A DNA stretch of 63,737 bases, the filler included, from Choristocarpus tenellus KU-1152 (lineage: Eukaryota > Protista > Phaeophyceae), in the NCBI GenBank assembly GCA_964200185.2. It is 11 parts of 11 records of this genome, joined end to end, with 100 filler letters (N's around TTAATTAATTAA, not from the genome) between each part and the next. Parts side by side here need not be neighbours in the genome. Positions count along the whole stretch, not along the records: positions 1 to 16,288 come from CAXNAD020000846.1; 10 more parts are not named here. One strand, written 5' to 3'. Below, one piece after another: positions 1 to 8,749 of the stretch (positions within the stretch are counted from its first letter, which is position 1; every line of letters begins with the position of its first letter). A model generated the notes under the pieces. It worked only from the letters and a program-made list of their open reading frames with translations, searched no databases and was not told the DNA's origin. The position numbers and the translations under genes were made by a program.

Positions 1-100
1 AATGTCAGCAAAAAAAAGAGTTGTTTTACCGAAACGGACGCCCCCTCACAACCCCCCCCCCTGCCCAGATACTTTGACCCAACATATATTTTTGTTTAAT

Positions 101-1700
101 TTATTCAAAGGAGTTTTTTGTTGCCAGTTGATGGCCCACCCTGTCAACTAGGGACATGGAGGGTCTCTCATTGACAATGCCATGACTGATAACTTTTCTT
201 TGTGCAGGTGACATATCTGCCTTGACTCCCCCACTGCTATGTGCAATGTGTATCCTTCTTCCTGTCCTTAACCTTTTGTTACACCTTTTGCAATCACTCA
301 TCCATGACAATTCAATTCCATATAGTACCCCCGATAGTTTCCACATTCCATAACACACAACATCACAAATTTGAAGCTACTATACTATGCTAATGCTACC
401 TCATTGAAGGGGACAGTGTCGATTGTGGAGTACGTCCTAATTCCAGATTGGTGCAGACATTGGAAGAGTTGGCATAAAACTGATCAAAGAGCTGATACCC
501 AGGTCAGTCAAACAGAAACTCTTCCATTCCTACTGAGTAGTATCCAAATTTTTGTCCCTACTGAACCAAAAGAAAATTGATTCATTTCTAGGTACCATTG
601 CCACAGATCTTTGGACTGGTGCTGCTTTAAGAATTTGGAAAAGTTCAAGTGTGCCAGCAATTGTTGTTGGTAAGAGTGCTATCAACAGGATGAAGATACA
701 ATATTGTGGACAGAGAAGAGCTCATGCACTTCAATGTGTACTTTAAAGTGTAACATTCATGCTTAGAATGTTCAACTTATTGATAGGTCTTTTAGGTTTC
801 ATTTCCTTTGCATGAAACAATGGATCATGTGCATTCTGGAACCTCCCTTGTAAAGGATGTATTCTTATTGGTGCTGCGCAAGTGAACTAATGTTAATGTT
901 TGTGAGAGATAGCACTCAGTCTCTGGTGCTATGTGGCTTGAAAACTATGATATGTATACAGATACAGAATGGTTGGGAGTATGCAAATATCATGGGTTGG
1001 CTATTCACAACAATTCTTGCATCAAACTCAAGCAGTATCCTACAACCGCAAAATATCGAGTAGAAATGTGCTAGTGTGTACTGATACTAGGGCAGGAAGC
1101 AATCATGTGTATCAGACAGATCGTCCAGAATGCTTTCCAAGCTAAAAGCACTATCATGCAATCAGAACCTACAATTTCCCTACTACTGTAGTTCCTGAGG
1201 GTAGGTCTTGGTACATAGTAATCCGGAGCAGATGAGAAAGTGAGTTATCTCACTACCAATACCCCAAAAAGAAGAGTGTTTTGAATGTAGTCCCAGCACA
1301 ATTGTCGTGATGGGAATGAATACTATGTATGCTTCACCAAAACCTTCAAGCACTGATGAAAGTGATACTAGATACCTATCAGTTGAAATCTGCCTCCGGC
1401 ATTTGTGGGTTACAACAACAAAAAATATTTCACTCAAATCAATCTGCTTTAGCTTTCACCCATTTGAACACTCTCAAGTTGTCCACGAAAGTCAATCAAA
1501 TCTCGTCAAACAACTCTTGTGTTTCGCTCTCTACCATACAAAGGTTGACAAAGTGAAGCAATTGCCCAGTTGCCTTGTCTCCACATAGGATATATACAAA
1601 TGTTCGACAGCCATTGACATGTCCAAGAGGTGATACACTTCACAAGGAACCTGATGGTGACGACCCACCACTCTAATTCATCTTACTGAAGGATGCTGCA
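101..1700 (-). mobile_element. Highly degenerate Ty3/gypsy LTR-retrotransposon pol relic (RT-RNase H)
   Basis: Minus-strand fragments lie in pol order with many stops and frameshifts: 'ESILDDLS' (~1140-1115, cf. PRIDDILDxL); 'CICIHIIVFK' (~970-940, cf. CxVYIDDIIVFS); 'KAAPVQ' (~630); 'CYGMWKLSGVLYGIELSWMSDCK' (358-290, cf. RNase H WAIxKFRxYLYGxxFxxxTDCK). Boundaries are approximate. Confidence 0.6.
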
Positions 1701-1957
1701 TTGACCAACCGTGTGCCAGTAGTCAGGGTAAGTGTGTTTTTTAGGGAGTTATGGAAGCTGTCACTGTTGTTTTGAATGGGGTTAATAAAAGGATACACAT
1801 ACTTCCACCTACCTCTACGCGCGCAAACCGCGAGCGAATTGGAGGCTTTTCATCTTTACATAAAAAACGCAAGAACAATGTTTAGGAGGTGAGCGTTCCC
1901 TACCCTTATCCCATCAGAAAGGAAGGTAAAGTCTTGTTTGGAGTAGGATTAGAGACA

Positions 1958-3043
1958 ATGAGAAGCAGCAAAGGCGAGGAGCGGGAAAAAGTGTCGAGAG
2001 GTGGATCTTCAGGAGCAAAGAGGGCTCTGGCTTGTATTGTGCTTTCGACGCTGACAAGCTCGTACGGTTTACTGGTGTCGTTGGGGAAGAACTCCCAAGG
2101 AAAATTTGATTTCGATGTGACAACAATACCATTTGTGTCTGAGATTGTGAAGCTTGTGATATGTATCCTAGCAGTAATGTTTGGGGATGATGGTATGTCG
2201 ACGATAAGGGCTGAAGCGTTCGGGGCAGACCGTGGAAGAATCTTCACCTTCGCTGTTCCTGGATTTCTTTACCTGATGAAGAACTTCATGGATGCTACTT
2301 CGCTGAAGTACATCGATGCTCCCACGTTCCAGCTCCTGGGTAACCTCAAAATTGTAACCACCGCGCTATGTCTTCGCATACTTCTTCAGAAACGATTGAA
2401 TGATGGTAAGTGGGCTGCAGTCCTCCTGCTCTGCTGTAGCTGTTCCATTCAAGTGTCTGGTGACGTCGACTCGTTTGATGCCAGACAGCTCCCTGGTGTG
2501 GTTATGGTTATGCTGGCGTGCCTTTTGTCCAGTCTTGCAGGAGTGTACAACGAGAAGCTGCTTAAGCAGTTTAACACTGTGGGGAGCTCAATTTTCGTGA
2601 ACAACATTTTTCTGTACGGGTGGGGAATTGCATTTAATGCAACTATACGTATGGTTGTTGGTGGTTGGACTGGTGTTGCTGACGTGTTGCAAGGATATAA
2701 CACCTTTGCCTGGCTCGCTGTGGTAAACCATGCCCTAATGGGGCTAACTGTATCATACGTAATATTGCACCTTGACAATCTCGCAAAGCTTTTTGCGGGC
2801 AGTATGGCTATGTTTTCATCGACTTTGCTCTCTGGGTGGCTCATGCAAACAGATGTGACAGTGTTACGATGCCTCACCATACTCTCTGTCAGCATTGCCA
2901 CATATTTCTATGGGGGTAGTACAGGAGAAATGTACTGTGATGACTGTATCACCTCTGTTTTGACTTCATGCTGTACCAGCAGTAGATTGAGAGTTGGAGG
3001 AGGGGATAGAGGGCCAACTTCCAGGGCTAGTGACCATGTCTAG
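1958..3043 (+). CDS. Nucleotide-sugar transporter, SLC35A family (CMP-sialic acid/UDP-Gal transporter-like), apparently intronless
   Basis: Open frame 1889-3043, first in-frame ATG at 1958, about 10 hydrophobic segments. Canonical SLC35A motifs are present: FVSEIVKL, AVPGFLYLMKN, DAPTFQLLGNLKIVTTAL, LSSLAGVYNEKLLK, LDNLAKLFA. Confidence 0.92.
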   Translation: MRSSKGEEREKVSRGGSSGAKRALACIVLSTLTSSYGLLVSLGKNSQGKFDFDVTTIPFVSEIVKLVICILAVMFGDDGMSTIRAEAFGADRGRIFTFAVPGFLYLMKNFMDATSLKYIDAPTFQLLGNLKIVTTALCLRILLQKRLNDGKWAAVLLLCCSCSIQVSGDVDSFDARQLPGVVMVMLACLLSSLAGVYNEKLLKQFNTVGSSIFVNNIFLYGWGIAFNATIRMVVGGWTGVADVLQGYNTFAWLAVVNHALMGLTVSYVILHLDNLAKLFAGSMAMFSSTLLSGWLMQTDVTVLRCLTILSVSIATYFYGGSTGEMYCDDCITSVLTSCCTSSRLRVGGGDRGPTSRASDHV

Positions 3044-3417
3044 TAGGAATGTGAACAAAGTCAGGAAGTAGAGTGTGTTTGGATGTTGTGTTGCAGTTCT
3101 GAATGTTGTACTGTTGTGGGAGAAAGCTCACACCTGATGCAATGTGAGGGTTGGGCAGGATAGGTATAATGGACAAGAGTGGTATTAAGTTGCATACACC
3201 ATGAGCATTTGTGGTGACCGTGTTGTCATAGGATACTTGTGATTGCCAATTTATATTAAGCAATTTTATTATTTTTTGTTCACTTGATCAAGTTTTTGAT
3301 GCAATAGGTCTGACAGAAACTCCCTACATTTGAGATACCCACTACTCAAGAGAGAAGGGACTGTTGCACTTCTTGCTCACTATCTTACACACCTTATATC
3401 ATTCACATCCCTGCAAG

Positions 3418-5472
3418 TCATGATGGTGTTGCACCAACCTTATTATACAAGAGCTCCAGGTAATCCCCTTTCTCAAACACTTTGCAGTGACCACCAACAG
3501 TGGCATCAATGATTGACCTACCAGAATCTTCAAAGACCTTCCGAGCTATTCTGTAGGAGTGCTCACTTTGCTGCAACCCAGCCAGTTGCCAGGTTTCATT
3601 GGCGAAGTATGTTGGATCAAAGTGATTTGGATCTCGTCCATGCATCACCTGAGACTCCCCTGAAGCTCCTGTCTGCTCAAAATGGTGGTCCATTCCCACA
3701 ATCACCACAGTTGTACAGCCAACATAGTAGAGTACCTGCAGGCTAACATATGTAACTGTCCACCCAGTGTTGATTTCTTTTGCAACTTTCTCTGAAAACA
3801 AAGGACTTTCTTTACTGCCCAATGGCTTGAAGTACATCATATTGCGTTCCCGAAGTCCATGACAAGGAAAATTTACCCTCTTCTTTTCTGACACCCATTT
3901 CACTGTGCTGACTGGTAGCAGGTCCCAAATCTGCCCCAGGGATTGTGCTATCACCAATTCATTAACAACAGCATATAGGTCGAGACGAAGGCCATAACGT
4001 TGCAGAGCTAAAAATACCTTATTCATCCCCATTATAGGCCCATCAAACGAATCTTGCCAATCCCACCTCATTGCATTGAGTGAAGGCCCATTTGCCACAA
4101 GGACACATGTCTTGTTCGAGTATCGTCCTTTCAGTTCCCTAGCGAAAATCTGTTTTTCTCCATTGTTCTCTCGTCTCTTGCGCCCACAAGGTTTACGTGA
4201 ACCTCCCTTAGGGCGTCTCAATGTCCTTTGCTCTCGTTCTTGAAGCAAACCCTCACACTGCGAATTGAACCACCAGTCCTGGTCTTCATGTGCCACTGCT
4301 GCCCATGATCTCATCACTGAGGTTTCTTTCAGTTGCACACATCGTTGCACTTGTTGATCAGAGGCCAGACCATGGTGCACAATTGGTGCAAAGTCTGTCA
4401 CTGCTGAAGGAGAAAAACAGTCAGCCACTATCCACATTAACCCCACCAATGAAAAGGCTATACCACTCCATGCCACTGCCACAGTAGGCAGCTCAGAGGT
4501 AGTATTTTGCCCAACATTCTGCATCAAAGACGACGAGTGGGGACCGCTCACACCCTGTAGGTAGTCCACCCGTTCTTTCAGCAAAAGAAATATCCCAACA
4601 GCAGTGCATGCCGAGGCTAGAAATAGCCATGGTGTAGTATCTTCTAATGTCAGTCCTCCAGCCAGTACCAGAGAGAGCACCATCGCAAGGCCACTCGATA
4701 AAACTAGGCCTTGCACACGTTCCATCTGCATGGATGATTGGGAGAGCACCAACTCTGTCATTGCCAAGGTACAGACGGCCATTATCTCTGGAACATTGCA
4801 CCCCGCGGCTAGGTCGGCCAAGCCAGACAGCCCGTTAGTCATTACTCGCGCTACCACCCCCAAGGCAACAGACCATGCGTACATTGACGGGCATGCGCGG
4901 AATCTCCCCCAGCCTACAGTCAAATGAGGTGAGCTGGACCTAGCATCGCGAAGATGGCGCGCCCACGGTGCCAAAGCAGACAAAACGCTTCCAAGAACCA
5001 TTGCCAATGTGCCCCACAATTCGCCTGTCTGATGGTCTAATATCTGTCCCAGTACGATGCAAGAGCATCCGGCAAAGAGAAGACTAGCACCCCATAGGGA
5101 AGGCTTACTGCTATGGGCCACGAAAAGTGGTGCAACAAGAACAATCCTGGCGTGTCGAAGTACCTGGTAGGTTGTGGGAGACAGGTATAGCAGGGATCCC
5201 AAGTCCACAGTGCTAGCCATAAGAAAAATAAAGGCAGCCAATGCAATGGGAAGGCAATTTCCAGGTTTGCCTAGCGCATCTTTTGTATCCCATCGACGTC
5301 CTACAGCCCTTAGCGCACTGGTAACAACGAAGAGCAGGCAATCACGAGCAAGCGGAAGTGCAGTGACATCAAACGGTAGAGAACCTTCAGGTGTCCTTCT
5401 CAAGGACACCAAAATTGCATAAGAGCACATGAGCATTCCTACACTGCATTGTGCTAGCCAATGCGACCTCAT
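3418..5472 (-). CDS. Fusion protein: degenerate SLC35A-like transporter domain + extra TM/stem + C-terminal DUF115 (Maf/MptE-like, GT42-like) putative glycosyltransferase domain; intronless
   Basis: Uninterrupted ORF, open from 5562, first ATG at 5472. The N-terminal ~300 aa align by eye with the neighbouring transporter (SYAILVSL..GSLPFDVTALP vs SYGLLVSL..GKFDFDVTTIP). The C-terminal ~235 aa carry CVLVANGPSL, IMGMNKVF, YAVVNELVI, GWTVTYVSLQVLYYVGCTTVVIVGMDHHF, DPNHFDPTYF and IIDATVGG, typical of bacterial DUF115-type proteins. Confidence 0.85.
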   Translation of the reverse strand: MRSHWLAQCSVGMLMCSYAILVSLRRTPEGSLPFDVTALPLARDCLLFVVTSALRAVGRRWDTKDALGKPGNCLPIALAAFIFLMASTVDLGSLLYLSPTTYQVLRHARIVLVAPLFVAHSSKPSLWGASLLFAGCSCIVLGQILDHQTGELWGTLAMVLGSVLSALAPWARHLRDARSSSPHLTVGWGRFRACPSMYAWSVALGVVARVMTNGLSGLADLAAGCNVPEIMAVCTLAMTELVLSQSSMQMERVQGLVLSSGLAMVLSLVLAGGLTLEDTTPWLFLASACTAVGIFLLLKERVDYLQGVSGPHSSSLMQNVGQNTTSELPTVAVAWSGIAFSLVGLMWIVADCFSPSAVTDFAPIVHHGLASDQQVQRCVQLKETSVMRSWAAVAHEDQDWWFNSQCEGLLQEREQRTLRRPKGGSRKPCGRKRRENNGEKQIFARELKGRYSNKTCVLVANGPSLNAMRWDWQDSFDGPIMGMNKVFLALQRYGLRLDLYAVVNELVIAQSLGQIWDLLPVSTVKWVSEKKRVNFPCHGLRERNMMYFKPLGSKESPLFSEKVAKEINTGWTVTYVSLQVLYYVGCTTVVIVGMDHHFEQTGASGESQVMHGRDPNHFDPTYFANETWQLAGLQQSEHSYRIARKVFEDSGRSIIDATVGGHCKVFEKGDYLELLYNKVGATPS

Positions 5473-5754
5473 GCCCTCTTGGTGTGTAGATACCTTGCAA
5501 TTTCTATTCCTTCCCCTATAACAATAGAGGAAACATCCGATTTGATTTGTGTTTTCTGTCACATAATAAAATATCGTTCATGGAATGTTCGTAAATCATA
5601 TTGATTTTAAATACTAGTAGTATTAGAAGTACTTACTTCTCCACTAGTATTGTACTTGTTTTTGTCAATATTTGTCAATATCGTATTATTTTTGTCTTTT
5701 GTCTGTTAGCATCCTTCAAAACATGACACACTTCCTACCCTCTTGAATTGCAAC
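5473..5754. promoter_or_regulatory. Short divergent intergenic region with an AT-rich core, probable bidirectional promoter
   Basis: About 280 bp separate the ATG of the fusion gene (5472, -) from the ATG of the CreA-like gene (5755, +). The core is AT-rich with a local duplication (tttgtcaata x2). Confidence 0.5.
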
Positions 5755-8140
5755 ATGAAGAAATCTACCCATGTATTGGTGATGCTGTGTTTTGGATGGC
5801 GAGTTGCTTCTGGGTTCTTTCGCTATTCCCCTGTTAGACATAATGAGCCCGTTAATGTCGGCAAGAACACCGTGGTCATGGAGGGAGGGAGGCTTCCGAT
5901 GGCGAAACAACTGCAGAGAGTACTGTCGTCGGCCGCTGTTGGATTTGCCCTCATGGGGCCTATGGTGTTTGACCCTCTCATGGCTCAAGCTTCTCCTAAA
6001 AGAGTCGTTGGGAATATTCCGACGAGCGGTTTGATATTCAAAGTGAGATGCAAGAGAAGAGGTTTGTGAAGGCCGCTTGTTGGTCATTTGACCTTTGAAA
6101 TGGGCAACACACACCCAGCCCCTTCCATTGTGCTCGCTCAATCCAAGCCCCAGGATGCGGTAGTTCTTGAAGCTCCTCGAGCACATGTTAGAGATTACTA
6201 TTACTGTTGATCCCTTGACCTTCTAGGAATGAAGTAAACGAGTCCGTTGCATTGTACTCCATACTCGTTTCCACTGTACCTCAGGATACGCTTAATGTGG
6301 AAGCATTCTCCGATCCGAAGGTAGATGGTGTAACACTATACCTTAGTGACTTCACAAGGCCTGTCTCGGACAAGCTAATGAATGGTGACTTTTTCTCAGG
6401 TAAGTCTGGATTCCTCTAGGAGTGATGGACACGTAATTTCGACCGATGTAGAAAGACGACGCATCTGACAGTTATTGGTACGGACCTGAACTTGCCTTGA
6501 ATGTGTATTACCATCAAAGAGGCCAATTTATTGGAGGGCCGTGTTATGGCCCGGTCTTGGTGGGAAAACTGATGTTATCAGTGGAAGAAAAGGCATACTT
6601 TGACAATGTAGACAGACAGCAATGCCCTGTAGCGATCTCGAATTAGATAAGCTGGCATGTTTTTTAGTACGATGTAGTGTTAAATATCATAGCAGTCTAA
6701 GGCTAGTAAATCTCACAAAGGTGTGATATGCCTGAATGTTTTCTACGATGTTTGTCGGGTAGAAAACCCCAGGCTCACATAGGGACTGGCATCAACATTC
6801 TAGTCCTTGTAACACCTTCAGGACAACCCTGTATGCTTAGCATGAAATAGTCTAGTGTCAATTTGTCTTTGCTAAGTCCAAAAAGTGTAGTTTCATATTA
6901 TTGATTCAATAACCTCTGGAGAAATGCTTTTGGGATAGTGCAACCAATAGGTAAGCTTAGTCTCCACTTTAAAAAAAAACTGAAACAAAATTCAGTTATC
7001 TTTCATGATTGGCAAGCTCCCCTTCACACACACATTCACTCCCTCATGGGCACAGATCCATCGTCAGCTTCGATGACATGTGTGCGGTCAGGGCCAATGA
7101 AGGTTCAGGACGACACTACCACATCTAAAGAGGGGCAGGAGTTATTTAAGGAGGACAGAAGGTTAGCATTACCACCTCATTAGACCACTTCAATATATTC
7201 AGCTGACGTCACCCAATCATCCAATTCCCAACAGTATTGTATTGTTTGTGGATGTGTCACTAACCTCTTACATGTTTTACTCATCCTAAAACATGAAACA
7301 GTCTTGGGATCCTAAGTCATTTTGTGCCTCCGTTGACTTCCTGTACATGATGTGATATGCTGATAGTAAACCTCTACAATGATACTGGCAATGGTGTTTG
7401 TGTGCTGAAATGGATATAGACTTTCTTCATCTAGACCAACGACAGATATGAAACAAACTTGTGAGAAAGAAATTAGTTGGGGAAGTCAGGTATTCCAGAG
7501 GGGTAACAACATGGAAGGCAGAGAAGATTTTGTTGGAAGTGAACCCAGGTAAAAGTACTCATGGTTGCTTTTTCAAGACAATGAAACAACAGATACCTGC
7601 ACAAGGTGCTGTTTCATTGAACTGGAGAAATGTAACTGGTGATAATGAACAGAATTGGCATCGTTGCTATAGCTGGTCAATGAAAAATGCTTGTCTGTTG
7701 GGTATGTAGGCCCTCATTTGCACTCCCACCTCAATGGAGTAAAGACTCTTACTGGACTATTACCAAAAGTACAGAGTCAAAATGAAACTCACCAACCACA
7801 TAATTGAAAGGAAGTCCAGTGACCTCAAGGAAGTGCCAATATCTACACAATACTGAAACAAATATAAGGATGTGCTCTCAACACAATAATGACCCTAGAA
7901 TATAAGACCTTACAATTGCGCTCTCCACTTCAGCATTCTTACCAGCATGCCAACACTCCCATCCCTGCTGCTCCAAATCATTTCTTGTACAGCTTCTTCA
8001 AATCAATTGTAGTGCGCCGGTTGTATGACAAAGAAGAGGGAAACTTGGTTTATGTGGCTTATTCTTCAAAGATTGATCCTAACACAGACAGCAACAAGAG
8101 TCGCTTTAAGAGCTCCTTATGTGCACTGCACATTGAATGA
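5755..8140 (+). CDS. creA: CreA-family protein with bipartite plastid presequence; 4 exons (5755-6042, 6285-6399, 7056-7161, 7993-8140)
   Basis: GT-AG exons join in frame: SGLIFK|DTLNVEAFSDPKVDGVTLYLSDF..FFS|DPSSASMTCVRSGP..GQELFKEDR|SFFKSIVVRRLYDKEEGNLVYVAYSSK..RFKSSLCAL*. These match CreA motifs (DPxVxGVTxY, DPSxASxxC, FKxxxVxRxYD). The N-terminal signal peptide ends ASG|FFRY. Confidence 0.88.
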
Positions 8141-8749
8141 AGGTGGGAGCTCCACCACACTCCTTACGCGAAAAGGTTTGCTGGAGTTATATCCTAGAAC
8201 TGAACTTTCATAGTTCATACTATATAGGGCAATAGAACTGCACAGTGTAGAACACAGAAACAAGAAGGGGCAGCGTCAAGAATTTGAACCCAATGCAATG
8301 TTTGCTGAATATAGAATATTGTGTGATGTTTGAATCAAATGTGTTTTATGTGTGTTTGTGAAGAGAAGCAGGTCAAGTCAACCTTACAAGAATGTTTCAA
8401 ATGAAAATGTGTGGATTTTTTTTGTACCTGCTTCTTCCTTAGGGATTTGGGAAACACTGATGAAACATTTTAAGAGCTTCCAATCTCTACAGTACTTGAA
8501 AGTGAAGTTATATATGTCCAGTATAAACGCACCCTACTGGAACACACATGCTCTCTTAAATCTATCTTTATCAAATGGTGAATCTTGTGTGGTGACAGTA
8601 TGTGCACACTTTTCGATGCAGATAGTACAACTACTACAGCTAGTACAAACTCGTAAGAATCTTTGTATCTCTCATCATCATAGCAACACTTTTGAAGCAA
8701 TGGCCTGCATTATTCAGTACTCCAGCCACAATCTGGAAAATTGAACAAA

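Noticed and set aside
1878-1957. Possible micro-exon ATGTTTAGGAG|GTGAGC or GTG start at 1889 for the transporter
   Set aside because: There is no convincing acceptor at a plausible distance, and ATG 1958 already gives a complete transporter. It cannot be excluded without RNA data.
3418-4130. Literal annotation as 6-hydroxymethylpterin diphosphokinase (MptE)
   Set aside because: The family name derives from archaeal members. A predicted lumenal position behind a nucleotide-sugar transporter domain fits a glycosyltransferase better, though this is untested.
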